This document shows, piece after piece, positions 27,577 through 37,651 of a stretch of DNA of 64,000 bases. The DNA comes from an uncultured Candidatus Saccharibacteria bacterium (GTDB lineage: Bacteria; Patescibacteriota; Saccharimonadia; Saccharimonadales; UBA10212), in the NCBI GenBank assembly GCA_964483315.1, contig CAZAAL010000003.1, forward strand, positions 23,997 to 87,996, read 5' to 3'. The translations under genes and the position numbers were made by a program. The notes under the pieces were generated by a model. That model worked only from the letters and a program-made list of their open reading frames with translations, was not told the DNA's origin and ran no database searches. Position 1 is the first letter of the stretch. Every line of letters starts with the position of its first letter.

Positions 27577-28809
27577 TTGCAGTCAACAGAAGAGCCTGTT
27601 AAAAACGTTAGTAAAATTAAAAAATACGTTCAGTGGCCACGAACTTTTTTGATTGTTGGCGGTGCTGTATTAATTTTTGGCCTTGGTTATGGTCTTGGTG
27701 ATGGTCGGATTAGCTTAAATGGCATAAGCCCCAATCAGGCAAATCAAAATCTGCCAACTAGTTTAGACTATAGCTCTGTTGAAGAGGTGTATAAAGCACT
27801 AAAACGAAACTTCGACGGCGAGCTAACCAACGAACAGCTACTAGAGGGCATGAAACGTGGACTAGCAGAATCAACAGGTGATCCATATACCGAATTTTTT
27901 AACCCAGAAGAGGCTGAAGAGTTCCAGGGCGATCTAGACGGTTCATTTGAGGGCATAGGTGCAGAGCTTGGAAAAGAAGAAAACTCAATAATCGTTATTT
28001 CACCAATAGATGGTTATCCTGCCCAAAAAGCTGGGTTAAAGCCAAAAGACGTAATTTTAAAAATTGACGGTGAGCCAGCAACTGATATCAGTATCTCAGA
28101 AGCGGTTAAGAAAATCCGTGGTCCTAAAGGCACAAAGGTTACTTTAACGGTTGTGCGAGACGGTAAACCTTTTGATCTAGAAATAACCCGTGAAAAAATT
28201 GATATACCAAGCGTCGAATATAAACTAGAAGGTAATGTAGGTTACATTAAAGTAACCAGATTTGGCGACGATACCGTCAAGCTTGTCCGCGAAGCGTCAA
28301 CTAGTTTAAAAAATCAAGGCGCCAAAGGTATTGTCCTCGACTTAAGATCAAACCCTGGGGGGTATTTAAATGGTGCAGTTGATATATCAAGCATATGGCT
28401 AGAAAAGGGTGATAAAGTTGTTGAAGAGAAAAGAGGCGGCGAGGTCCTACGAACCCATTACGCAACAGGTAATAACTCGCTGCTAGGTGTTCCAACCGTT
28501 GTGCTAATAAATGGTGGTAGCGCCAGCGCCAGCGAAATTGTTGCAGGTGCTCTGCGTGATAACAAATCTGCAACTTTAGTTGGCGAAAAAACCTACGGAA
28601 AAGGCAGTGTTCAGCAAATCGAAAACCTAAAAAACGGCTCTGCGCTAAAAGTTACAATTGCCCGATGGTTTACTCCGGCTGGTGTAAACATAGATAAAGA
28701 GGGAATAAAGCCCGATGTTGAGGTAGTTTATAGCCTTGATGATGCTAACGCTGGTAAAGATCCCCAAAAAGATAAAGCATTTGAACTAATTAGGCAAAAA
28801 ATACAATAG
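27577..28809 (+). CDS. S41 family C-terminal processing peptidase (Ctp/Prc-like)
   Basis: N-terminal TM helix and a PDZ domain. Catalytic blocks GGSASASEIVAGAL and TYGKGSVQ (Ser/Lys dyad). TTG start with a GGGGGA SD. Confidence 0.85.
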   Translation: MQSTEEPVKNVSKIKKYVQWPRTFLIVGGAVLIFGLGYGLGDGRISLNGISPNQANQNLPTSLDYSSVEEVYKALKRNFDGELTNEQLLEGMKRGLAESTGDPYTEFFNPEEAEEFQGDLDGSFEGIGAELGKEENSIIVISPIDGYPAQKAGLKPKDVILKIDGEPATDISISEAVKKIRGPKGTKVTLTVVRDGKPFDLEITREKIDIPSVEYKLEGNVGYIKVTRFGDDTVKLVREASTSLKNQGAKGIVLDLRSNPGGYLNGAVDISSIWLEKGDKVVEEKRGGEVLRTHYATGNNSLLGVPTVVLINGGSASASEIVAGALRDNKSATLVGEKTYGKGSVQQIENLKNGSALKVTIARWFTPAGVNIDKEGIKPDVEVVYSLDDANAGKDPQKDKAFELIRQKIQ

Positions 28810-28870
28810 ATTTTTCTTGCTAAATGCTCAAGTTTTAATGTAGTATCTAGCTAACAAACAGGAGAGGCAT

Positions 28871-30490
28871 ATGGCTGATACACAGCCTGATACAAAATTT
28901 GTTTTTGTAACAGGCGGCGTCCTCTCGGGCGTCGGCAAGGGTATCACCGCCGCTTCAATTGGCACAATCTTACGGGCCCGAGGCTTGAAAGTAAATATTC
29001 AAAAGTGTGATCCATATCTTAATGTAGACGCTGGTACACTAAATCCGGCTGAGCACGGGGAGTGTTTTGTAACAGCCGATGGCGCGGAATGCGATTTGGA
29101 TTTAGGGCACTATGAGCGATTTTTAGATATCGAGCTAACTCGCGATAGCAGTTTTATGAGCGGCCAAGTCCTAGGACAAGTAATAGCCGACGAACGGGCT
29201 GGTAAGTATCTTGGTAAAACCGTTCAAATAATACCTCACGTGACATCTGCAATTAAGACTAAAATTAAACAAACTGGCAAAGGCTTTGATGTGCATATTG
29301 TGGAGATTGGTGGCACAGTTGGTGATTACGAAAGTCTTAGCTTTATCGAGGCTATTCGCGAGCTTGGGATGGAACTTGGCCCAAAAAATTCTAGTTTTGT
29401 CCACGTAGTTTATCTGCCATATTTAGGAGCTAGTGGTGAGGTGAAGACAAAGCCAGCTCAAAATGCGGTACGTGAACTTAGAGCTCTTGGTATTGTCCCA
29501 GATGTTGTTGTGGCTCGCAGTGAACTAGCATATGACAATGGCCCAATAATCTCAAAGCTTAGTATGTTTAGCGGGGTAGCTAAGGAGGGAATAGTGCTAA
29601 TGCCGAATGCTAAATCGATTTATGAGGTACCTCTAACATTAAAAAAATCTAACATCGATGACGTGCTTATAAGCAAAATGGACATTAAGGCAAAAAAAGC
29701 CGATCTCAGCCAATGGCAAGCAATGGTCAAGGGGTTGCTAAAAGACTATAAAAAAACAATTGTAGTGGGCGTGGTGGCTAAATACCTGAATAATCAAGAT
29801 ACGTATATGTCGGTATTCGAAGCATTAAGGGCATCGGCCCTTGCCAGTAAGGTGAATGTAAAAATTGAATGGATTGATGCCGAAGCTATTGAAAAATCGC
29901 CAGCAAAATTAGCTAGCTCTCTAGGAAAGGTTGATGGCATCTTAGTACCTGGTGGGTTTGGTAAGCGTGGGGTAGAAGGCAAGATTGCGTCAGCAGTGTA
30001 TGCTCTGGATAGGCAAATACCTTATCTGGGGCTATGCCTTGGATTACAGGTTGCAATAATTGCCTCAGCACGTCGTTCTGGGTTGGTCGATGCCAATTCT
30101 ACCGAATTTAATCATAAAACCAAACATCCGGTAGTTAGTACAATGGCCGAACAGATTGGAAAAGAAAACACCGGTGGTTCAATGCGTCTTGGCGACTGGC
30201 CCTGCCAAATTGCCAAAGGGACATTAGCCTACAAACTGTACCAAAACGATATAATTTATGAACGTCACAGGCATAGATATGAGGCCAACAACAGCTATAA
30301 ACAGTATTATTCGGCTTGGGGTATTAAAGCTAGTGGACTATCGCCCGATGGTGAGTTGGTTGAAATAATCGAAGCCAGTAATCACCCATATTTTATTGCC
30401 GTTCAGTCTCACCCCGAATTTGATTCACGCCCAGCAAAACCACACCCATTATTTAATGGTTTCATCCGCGAACTTGCAAAACGGGCTTAA
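28871..30490 (+). CDS. pyrG: CTP synthase
   Basis: N-terminal synthetase block FVTGGVLSGVGKGITAAS. C-terminal glutaminase with GLCLGLQ (Cys nucleophile) and HPEF. Confidence 0.95.
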   Translation: MADTQPDTKFVFVTGGVLSGVGKGITAASIGTILRARGLKVNIQKCDPYLNVDAGTLNPAEHGECFVTADGAECDLDLGHYERFLDIELTRDSSFMSGQVLGQVIADERAGKYLGKTVQIIPHVTSAIKTKIKQTGKGFDVHIVEIGGTVGDYESLSFIEAIRELGMELGPKNSSFVHVVYLPYLGASGEVKTKPAQNAVRELRALGIVPDVVVARSELAYDNGPIISKLSMFSGVAKEGIVLMPNAKSIYEVPLTLKKSNIDDVLISKMDIKAKKADLSQWQAMVKGLLKDYKKTIVVGVVAKYLNNQDTYMSVFEALRASALASKVNVKIEWIDAEAIEKSPAKLASSLGKVDGILVPGGFGKRGVEGKIASAVYALDRQIPYLGLCLGLQVAIIASARRSGLVDANSTEFNHKTKHPVVSTMAEQIGKENTGGSMRLGDWPCQIAKGTLAYKLYQNDIIYERHRHRYEANNSYKQYYSAWGIKASGLSPDGELVEIIEASNHPYFIAVQSHPEFDSRPAKPHPLFNGFIRELAKRA

Positions 30491-30509
30491 CTAGATTAGC
30501 ATTAGCTAT

Positions 30510-31064
30510 ATGGACGAACAAAATAACACACCCCCACAACAAACACCTCCGCCACAAGAACCAGTGGTCGAGAATCAAAATTCATCAAATTTGGAACAGC
30601 AGGATACAGTACCAGCTACCGAACCATCGCCAACAGTCGCTGATACTCCAAGCGATCAATCAGTTGCCACTGCACCGGCTCCAGCATCAAGTGGCACAAA
30701 AAAAGTCTTACTTGTAGAAGACGACAACAATTTAGCCGATGTTTATACCACAAGACTACAGGCAGAAGGGTTTGATGTTAAAAGAGTTCCAAATGGCGAA
30801 GATGCACTTGCGTCCGCCCTCGAATATAAACCAGACTTAATACTCCTTGACGTTATGATGCCAAAAGTTAGTGGTTTTGACGTACTAGATATTTTAAGAA
30901 ATACCCCAGAAACAGCTAAAGTAAAGATTGTTATGTTAACGGCTCTTGGGCAAGATTCTGATCAACAAAGGGCAAAAGACCTAGGTGTTGATGATTACCT
31001 AGTTAAATCGCAAGTAGTAATTGCCGACGTAGTCGACAAAATCAAATTCCACCTCGGTATGTAG
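30510..31064 (+). CDS. Single-domain response regulator with a Pro/Gln-rich N-terminal extension
   Basis: About 65 aa of low-complexity N-terminus, then a canonical receiver (LLVEDD, LILLDVMMP, MLTA, YLVKS). Confidence 0.8.
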   Translation: MDEQNNTPPQQTPPPQEPVVENQNSSNLEQQDTVPATEPSPTVADTPSDQSVATAPAPASSGTKKVLLVEDDNNLADVYTTRLQAEGFDVKRVPNGEDALASALEYKPDLILLDVMMPKVSGFDVLDILRNTPETAKVKIVMLTALGQDSDQQRAKDLGVDDYLVKSQVVIADVVDKIKFHLGM

Positions 31065-31067
31065 AAA

Positions 31068-31096
31068 TTGATTATTTTGATGTTTTGTGCTATAAT
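31068..31096 (+). promoter_or_regulatory. Sigma-70-type promoter TTGATT-N17-TATAAT
   Basis: -35 at 31068-31073 and -10 at 31091-31096. The -10 sits in the loop of a 9-bp inverted repeat TTTTGTGCT/AGCACAAAA (31083-31114). Confidence 0.4.
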
Positions 31097-31119
31097 TAGA
31101 TTATAAGCACAAAATAAAC

Positions 31120-31761
31120 ATGTCTGAACTTTTAACATATCCTCAAACACCATTTGAGATAGATCAACCTACAATCGAAAACGGCGAGCTGTCCAAAGCT
31201 TTTAATTTGGTTGTCAACGCCAGACCGATTAATGATATTGATTTTAACAATGCACCATTTAAAAACTATGCTGATAATCGTAACTTTGATTGGGATGTTG
31301 TTAGTGTTTCAGATGTAGAGGGATTCTTGGGCAAACTGCACACAATTAATACTGACGATTTAATAGACTCTGCAGAATTAATTGGTGTATTGGACGGGGG
31401 TGAGAAACTAATTGAAGTCAATACTGACAATATAGTTTGCCTTGCTGGAATGAATGGATTTTTTGGTAGAGCACGCGGAATCGAAAAAGATTTTAGGCTA
31501 GATTTGGATCAGCACACTAGAGTCTCGGGTAGACTTAGGCATAGCCTAAAGGTTGCCATGATGTATGCTGGTGCACCAACTGAGCCCCCTTTGCCATACT
31601 GTCTACGAGCATACATCCAGCCAAATGGTGAAGTTATTATAGATAATGAATCAGGAGATTCTCATCGTATTCTGGCTCAAATGTTAAGAGGTTACCCAAA
31701 AATAGCAACCGAAAAACTTAAAATATACAGGATAAATCAGAACTTATTTGTAAGAGACTAG
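31120..31761 (+). CDS. Hypothetical protein with a weak ParB/sulfiredoxin-like DGxHR-type motif
   Basis: 213-aa ORF. The only recognisable element is VIIDNESGDSHRILAQML, which resembles the (h)3-D-G-x-H-R-x-x-A motif of ParB-like nuclease domains. No SD. Confidence 0.4.
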   Translation: MSELLTYPQTPFEIDQPTIENGELSKAFNLVVNARPINDIDFNNAPFKNYADNRNFDWDVVSVSDVEGFLGKLHTINTDDLIDSAELIGVLDGGEKLIEVNTDNIVCLAGMNGFFGRARGIEKDFRLDLDQHTRVSGRLRHSLKVAMMYAGAPTEPPLPYCLRAYIQPNGEVIIDNESGDSHRILAQMLRGYPKIATEKLKIYRINQNLFVRD

Positions 31762-31766
31762 AATTT

Positions 31767-32039
31767 TTACTCTACGGTTACTTCGACGCGGGGGACTGTG
31801 CGTCCACTAAATCTTTTTACCCTGCGAGGTACAAATTTAACAATGCCATCACGGCTAGCGTGAATAGTAAAATCTCGGCCCATAAGCGTACCAACGCCTG
31901 GGCGTTTTGTCATGCCGACTTGGCGGACGATAATATCACCAGTTTTAACTTTTTGGCCACCCCAAACCTTAATACCCAGGCGCTGACCTGGACTATCATG
32001 TACGTTCTTACTTGAGCCACCGGCTTTGATCTTACTCAT
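31767..32039 (-). CDS. rpmA: 50S ribosomal protein L27
   Basis: N-terminus AGGSSKNVHDSPGQRLGIKVWGGQKV and overall sequence are typical of L27. Confidence 0.92.
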   Translation of the reverse strand: MSKIKAGGSSKNVHDSPGQRLGIKVWGGQKVKTGDIIVRQVGMTKRPGVGTLMGRDFTIHASRDGIVKFVPRRVKRFSGRTVPRVEVTVE

Positions 32040-32043
32040 TTAT

Positions 32044-33216
32044 CTATCTCTTGGTTAATACAATTATTTTTCTAGCCACAGCCTGATCGGGTCGATAATA
32101 AACCATCTCCTCGGGACTTGCATGGGCAAAACTCATAAGATTGTACCCCAAATCTGTTATTTGGTCAATAACAGGTAGATTAATAAACGAATCACTGTGG
32201 CTCCAGCAGGGAACAGCTAAACAGATGTTTTTTATGTCATGAGAGTAGGCATTTTTTAAAAACCCTTCAATTATCGGGTTTACCTCCTTAATTGCTTTAT
32301 TTATCGATTCAAGGTCTGATCTACCTCTTAAAACAGGGCCCAAATAGGCCTCTGAAGCTACAAAATCAGAGCTTAATAAATTCCCATTTTGGGCATCTAT
32401 CTGTTTAAGCTCATAGTTTTGCGTAACCGAGTATTTTGGGTGAGATTTTAACCATTTTAGGTTTTGATCGCTATAATCAATCATTTTTTGGCTTATATCA
32501 GAGCCGATTGCTTTATAGCCCATAAGCATAGCCTCTTGCAAAACAACGCCTGTACCGCAAAACGGATCGTAAATACTTTCAACCAACTTATTTTGAGCCG
32601 TACATAAATTTATTAGAATCTGGGCTAATTTAGGCGGTAACATGCCAACCACGCTATCCCGTTTAGGGCGTTGCCTGTCCCTTATAGAGTAATCATCGAT
32701 ATCTTGTACAAAAATCGTTTGGGCAATATATGTTTTTTGGCCATCGCTAATCACAATAAGTTCCCAGCCATTTTTATAAGTTAGCTTGTTATGTAGCACT
32801 TGCGCGCTGTTAAGTTCGCTTGATTTGTTTGGAATAATTCTAACTGACCGCCCACTTGGCTTAAGTGATTTTTTTATTTTTAACGCTGTTTTATTAATTG
32901 AATCAGGAGTCATATTTATGCCATAAACACTTAGGCCAAGCGTAAATTTACCTGGTTCAAGATTCTCAACATGGATGGGCACATTTTTAATTAAAAATTT
33001 TTCAATTTTGATCCAATTTGCATGGTCTAGTTCTGCCAAGATATTAGCAGTTTTTAAAGTACCACCCAATCGACTAAATGGAATATTATTTGCGGGTAAA
33101 GTAGATATGGCATGCTCCCCCCACGGGATAATAAAATCTGCACCAAATAAACTTTCGAGCTCTGCCAAAGAAAGTTTGGGCTGTCTGCCTAAGATAAATA
33201 AACTACGATACTGCAT
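32044..33216 (-). CDS. SAM-dependent methyltransferase, THUMP/UPF0020-like (putative RNA guanine-N2 methyltransferase)
   Basis: SAM motif I (DPFCGTGVVLQEA) followed by IGSDIS. N-terminal domain of about 180 aa. The exact substrate is not inferable. Confidence 0.55.
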   Translation of the reverse strand: MQYRSLFILGRQPKLSLAELESLFGADFIIPWGEHAISTLPANNIPFSRLGGTLKTANILAELDHANWIKIEKFLIKNVPIHVENLEPGKFTLGLSVYGINMTPDSINKTALKIKKSLKPSGRSVRIIPNKSSELNSAQVLHNKLTYKNGWELIVISDGQKTYIAQTIFVQDIDDYSIRDRQRPKRDSVVGMLPPKLAQILINLCTAQNKLVESIYDPFCGTGVVLQEAMLMGYKAIGSDISQKMIDYSDQNLKWLKSHPKYSVTQNYELKQIDAQNGNLLSSDFVASEAYLGPVLRGRSDLESINKAIKEVNPIIEGFLKNAYSHDIKNICLAVPCWSHSDSFINLPVIDQITDLGYNLMSFAHASPEEMVYYRPDQAVARKIIVLTKR

Positions 33217-33269
33217 TGACTCTAGTATAACGCTTAATTAACTGAAGACAGCAGAGTATAATACTCCTT

Positions 33270-34334
33270 GTGAACGACGAGGTAAAAAAACCACGACTCA
33301 AAGATTGGCGATTTATTGCAACGGCTGTTACATTTATTGCCTTTATTGGACTAGTAATTGCACTTCGTGATGAAATTAAGGAAGTCTATTCAACTATTGG
33401 ACAGATTAATTACTGGTTTTTATTGTTAATGATTCCTGTGCAGCTAATCAACTATAGTTCTTACGCCAAGTTGTACCAACACTTTTTTAGAGTACTCGGT
33501 AAAAAAATCAAATTTTGGCCGTTGACTAAAGTAACTCTTGAATTAAATTTTGTAAACAATGTATTCCCGAGTGGTGGGGTAAGTGGAATTTCATACTTCA
33601 GCCTAAGGATGCGTAATTTTGGCGTAACCAGCCCACAAGGCACTTTGGCGCAATTCATGAAGTTTATGCTTTTGTTTGTAAGTTTTCAGGCCGTATTGTT
33701 TTTTGGCTTGATAGCTCTTGCTACAAGAGGCAAAGCCAATGACTTAACTCTTTTGGCAGCCGGATCAATGGCTACTCTTTTATTAGTTGGCACAATTTTT
33801 GTTGCGTATCTTGTGGGCAAAAAGTCGAGGATTAACGCTTTCGTTAGTCCATTTACAAGATCAATTAACCGGGCAGTATCGTTTGTCAAACGCGAAAAAG
33901 TAAAAAAGGACGTTATTGAAAAAGACAAACTAGAAAAAGCATTATCAGAACTTCACGAAAACTATCTGATTATTAAAAATAATTGGCGGAGCATGCGTTG
34001 GCCATTATTCTATGCACTTACAGCTAACATTACTGAGGTTTTAGCAGTGTATGTAGTCTATTTAGCCTATGGCGAAGCGGTAAACATTGGCGCCGTAATT
34101 ATTGCATATGCGGTAGCAAATTTTGCGGGGGCTATATCAGTACTACCTGGTGGGGTCGGTATATTTGAGGCTCTAATGACAACAGTGTTAATTGCTTCGG
34201 GTGTTCCTGCTTCGATTAGTATTCCGGTTACCATTACATATAGAGTTGTAAATTCCGCCCTGCAACTACCAATTGGATACTTCTTCTACCATAAAGCTCT
34301 GCCAGAGGTCGGTAATTACAAAAATGAACAGTGA
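33270..34334 (+). CDS. UPF0104 / lysylphosphatidylglycerol-synthase-TM-region-like (flippase-like) membrane protein
   Basis: About 8 TM helices and a C-terminal LPGGVGIFEA motif typical of this family. GTG start. Confidence 0.6.
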   Translation: MNDEVKKPRLKDWRFIATAVTFIAFIGLVIALRDEIKEVYSTIGQINYWFLLLMIPVQLINYSSYAKLYQHFFRVLGKKIKFWPLTKVTLELNFVNNVFPSGGVSGISYFSLRMRNFGVTSPQGTLAQFMKFMLLFVSFQAVLFFGLIALATRGKANDLTLLAAGSMATLLLVGTIFVAYLVGKKSRINAFVSPFTRSINRAVSFVKREKVKKDVIEKDKLEKALSELHENYLIIKNNWRSMRWPLFYALTANITEVLAVYVVYLAYGEAVNIGAVIIAYAVANFAGAISVLPGGVGIFEALMTTVLIASGVPASISIPVTITYRVVNSALQLPIGYFFYHKALPEVGNYKNEQ

Positions 34335-35445
34335 TGCGCCTTTTACTCCGAGTGAATTTGTAGCTGGATTCAATCAGCTAATTGAGTATAATCTACCATC
34401 TGTTGTTATTGAGGGTGAGGTTCTTGAGTTTAGGGTCTCAAAAAATAGGTGGATTTATTTTAATATTGCCGATAGTCAGTCATCAGTAGCCTGTTTTGGC
34501 ACGTTCTTCCAAATTAAATCACCAATCGAAGAAGGCATGATGATCCGTTTGATAGCTGTACCTAGGCTACATAACAAGTTTGGTTTTAGTTTAAATGTGC
34601 TATCGATCATGCCAGTTGGTGAGGGTGCCTTAAAACGTTCTGCCGAAATTTTAAAAGCTAAACTAACGGCCGAGGGCTTATTTGATCCAGAACGTAAACG
34701 TAATTTGCCATTTGCACCGCAAAGGGTAGGCTTAATAACATCCGAAAACTCAGCCGCATACCATGACTTTATCAAGATATTAAATGAACGGTGGGCGGGT
34801 ACAGAAGTGTTGTTGTCTGACGTTCTGGTACAGGGCGAAAAGTCCGTAGCTAGTATTGTGGGCGCAATAAAGGCTCAAAATGAATCCCCGCGTCCACCCG
34901 AGGTTATAGTTATCACAAGAGGCGGTGGGAGCGCCGAAGATTTAATGGCATTTAACGATGAGCAAGTGGTAAGAGCAGTCGCCGGTAGTCGCGTACCAAC
35001 ATTGGTTGCAATTGGGCACGAAGTTGATATCTCGCTAGCCGAACTTACTGCTGACGTTCGGGCGTCTACACCTTCAAACGCCGTTTCACTTTTAGTCCCA
35101 GATAAAATTAATGAACAACAAAAGCTCAGTGTACTACTCAGGCAACTCAAACAAAACCTGGAGGATTCGCTTATCATAGAACAGTCGGCCCTAGTTCAAG
35201 CAAGAAAGGATTTATTTAGTTCTACTACAAATTTACTAACCCAAATGCTGAGCGAGCTTAAACAGTATAAAATGTTGGTTATGGCTTTAAACCCAACAAA
35301 TGTCTTAAAACGCGGCTATTCAATTTTATTATCTGATCAGGGAACAATAAAATCGATAAAAGCAGTTGACGTTGGTCAAGATATAACTAACGTGGTGTCA
35401 GATGGTAAAATAATCTCAACAGTAAAATCTCTTAAATTAAAGTAA
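34324..35445 (+). CDS. xseA: Exodeoxyribonuclease VII large subunit
   Basis: N-terminal OB fold (VVIEGEVLEFRVSKNRWIYFNI) and catalytic block GLITSENSAAYHDF...ITRGGGSAEDL. I chose ATG 34324 rather than the upstream ATG of the tracked ORF (34273), which overlaps the previous gene. Confidence 0.85.
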   Translation: MNSDAPFTPSEFVAGFNQLIEYNLPSVVIEGEVLEFRVSKNRWIYFNIADSQSSVACFGTFFQIKSPIEEGMMIRLIAVPRLHNKFGFSLNVLSIMPVGEGALKRSAEILKAKLTAEGLFDPERKRNLPFAPQRVGLITSENSAAYHDFIKILNERWAGTEVLLSDVLVQGEKSVASIVGAIKAQNESPRPPEVIVITRGGGSAEDLMAFNDEQVVRAVAGSRVPTLVAIGHEVDISLAELTADVRASTPSNAVSLLVPDKINEQQKLSVLLRQLKQNLEDSLIIEQSALVQARKDLFSSTTNLLTQMLSELKQYKMLVMALNPTNVLKRGYSILLSDQGTIKSIKAVDVGQDITNVVSDGKIISTVKSLKLK

Positions 35446-35456
35446 GGCTAATAACT

Positions 35457-35654
35457 ATGTCAACTTCTAAATCAACCAAAAGCTATGCGAAGCTCAACAA
35501 GGAGCTAGACCTAGTTTTAAACAAATTTGAATCGGAAGATTTAGATATTGACTCAGCAATTGAGCTGTACGAACAGGCCAATAAGCTTATCCAACAAATG
35601 CAGATACATTTAGATAAAGCTAAAAATAAGATCAACAAACTCAAGGCAGTTTAG
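35457..35654 (+). CDS. xseB: Exodeoxyribonuclease VII small subunit
   Basis: 65-aa helical protein directly after xseA. The ELDLVLNKFESEDLDIDSAIELYEQ pattern is typical of XseB. Confidence 0.75.
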   Translation: MSTSKSTKSYAKLNKELDLVLNKFESEDLDIDSAIELYEQANKLIQQMQIHLDKAKNKINKLKAV

Positions 35655-35655
35655 T

Positions 35656-36165
35656 ATGAATTTGGCATTGTTAATTGTTGCAATAATCATACTTTGCTTT
35701 GGATTTGTGCTGGCGTTCGGAGCACCATACGTACCAACCTTAAAAAAACAACGTATCCAAGCATTAAAGCTGCTTGACTTAAGCAAAGGCCAGGTCTTAT
35801 ACGAGCTAGGCTCGGGGGATGGCTCAATGTTAATTGAAGCTTCTAAGCAAGGCATTACGGCGATTGGTTACGAACTCAATCCGTTTTTATATTTACTTTC
35901 TAAGCTACGGTTAGTAAGGCACAAAAATGCTCATGTTAAGTTTGGTAATTATTGGCAAACAAATTTAAGCCAAGCAGATGGTATATACGTTTTTTTGATT
36001 GATAACTATATGAAGAGGCTCGAATCAAAATTATTAAACGAATCAAAAGATGGGCTAAAGCTGGTTAGCTATACTTTCGAACTACCTAATACCAAGCCTA
36101 AATTAAGCGATGGCCCAATGCACCTTTACATCTTTAACAAAACTAGACAAAAACAGGCTAAATAG
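35656..36165 (+). CDS. Class I SAM-dependent methyltransferase with an N-terminal TM helix
   Basis: Motif I LYELGSGDGSM and an acidic residue in post-I (GYELN). Confidence 0.6.
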   Translation: MNLALLIVAIIILCFGFVLAFGAPYVPTLKKQRIQALKLLDLSKGQVLYELGSGDGSMLIEASKQGITAIGYELNPFLYLLSKLRLVRHKNAHVKFGNYWQTNLSQADGIYVFLIDNYMKRLESKLLNESKDGLKLVSYTFELPNTKPKLSDGPMHLYIFNKTRQKQAK

Positions 36166-36182
36166 TTTAACATTAGCAGTAT

Positions 36183-36851
36183 ATGAATTCAAAAAGCCAA
36201 ACTGGTTCTGTACTAACTGTTATATTGTTGGCTGTTATATCTTTGGCGCTTCTTGGCTCACTAATTTTTGGCGGTTGGGCATACGGCGAAAGATCAACAT
36301 ATAAAGAAAAATCCGATCAAAAATCAGCTCAAGCGGTTGCATCAGCTGAGGCCGAACAAAAAGCCAAGCTAGCCAAAGAGTTTGCCGAGCAAGAAAAAAA
36401 CCCCTTAAAATCGTATACGGGGCCAGAAACTTATGGTAGTGTTAGCTTTAGCTACCCTAAAACTTGGAGTGCATACATTGATGAATCTGGTAAAGGATCT
36501 TCATCGCTGTTTGGATACATTCATCCAAACTTTGTCCCAAATCTAACTGACACCTCGTTTGCACTAAGATTCGAAATAGTAAATACCTCATATGATCAAG
36601 TCGTAAAATCTTTTGATAGTTCAGTAAAGTCCGGAAAAGTAACAGCAGTAGCTTATGTCCCTAAAAAGCTGGAGGGCAACAAAGCAGTTCAACCAGGTTT
36701 AAGATTTGATGGCGAAATTATCACAAAAAAACAAGGTTCTATGGTTGTAATCAAACTGCGTGATAAAACCCTAAAAGTCTGGACAGAATCAAACGACTTT
36801 AAAACAGATTTTGATAGCATCATCTTGCCATCGCTTACTTTTATTCCTTAA
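36183..36851 (+). CDS. Hypothetical membrane-anchored extracytoplasmic protein
   Basis: N-terminal TM helix (VLTVILLAVISLALLGSLIFGGW) followed by a domain of about 190 aa. No recognisable motif. Confidence 0.45.
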   Translation: MNSKSQTGSVLTVILLAVISLALLGSLIFGGWAYGERSTYKEKSDQKSAQAVASAEAEQKAKLAKEFAEQEKNPLKSYTGPETYGSVSFSYPKTWSAYIDESGKGSSSLFGYIHPNFVPNLTDTSFALRFEIVNTSYDQVVKSFDSSVKSGKVTAVAYVPKKLEGNKAVQPGLRFDGEIITKKQGSMVVIKLRDKTLKVWTESNDFKTDFDSIILPSLTFIP

Positions 36852-36933
36852 AATAACAATATTTTACAACGCCAATAGCAAATACATTTGTGTATAATTT
36901 AAACCAGTATTTCGTTGGAGGGTAACAATATAG

Positions 36934-37650
36934 ATGCGTCGTGGCCAATTATTAAATGGCGATAGCGAAACCGAGCTCATGCTGTCGGCTATTGCTCATG
37001 ACTTATCATTACCACTACTACAAATTAAAGCCAAAGCCGAACTCGGCAAGTTCAACAACAAAACCTCAGAGGAATTTAAACTACTTACTCAGTCTGGGTT
37101 AAAGCTCATTGATAGTTATTTAATTGCGCTTGAATTTCGACAAAGCGCTAATCAGCTTGTGCTCGAGCCCGTATCCATTGGTTCGGTTTTAGCGGATTCA
37201 GCCCACGAGTTAAGTAAACTCGCTGAATATTACAAAACTAAAATAGAAATTAATATTACGGGGCGAGCCAGACCAATTCTTACTAACAAAGCAAGTTTAC
37301 AATCTGCTTTTTATTGTTTAGGCGCCAGCTTAATAAAAAGTCAGGCCGATTCTGAGTCTAAAAATAACGTTTTAGTACTGTCAGCTTATAAAAATAAACA
37401 GGACAGTATAACAGCTGGTATTTATGCAAATATCTTAGGCTTAACAGATAAAGAGTTGTACAATTCCAGAAAATTAGCCGGTAAGGCTAAACAGCCATTT
37501 AGCGCATTATCATCAAGTAGTGGTGGTGGAATTTTAATTGCCGACATGTTGTTGACGACTTTATACCAGCCGCTTCGGGCATCAAAATTCAAACATCTAT
37601 CTGGCTTTTCGACACAGTTCCCAATATCCAAGCAGTTAAGGCTGGTTTAA
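36934..37650 (+). CDS. Soluble histidine-kinase-like protein with an H-box but a degenerate ATP-binding domain
   Basis: H-box-like SAIAHDLSLPL. The downstream region lacks a recognisable N-box Asn and DxGxG. Only a G-rich SSSGGGILIA element remains. Confidence 0.5.
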   Translation: MRRGQLLNGDSETELMLSAIAHDLSLPLLQIKAKAELGKFNNKTSEEFKLLTQSGLKLIDSYLIALEFRQSANQLVLEPVSIGSVLADSAHELSKLAEYYKTKIEINITGRARPILTNKASLQSAFYCLGASLIKSQADSESKNNVLVLSAYKNKQDSITAGIYANILGLTDKELYNSRKLAGKAKQPFSALSSSSGGGILIADMLLTTLYQPLRASKFKHLSGFSTQFPISKQLRLV

Positions 37651-37651
37651 A

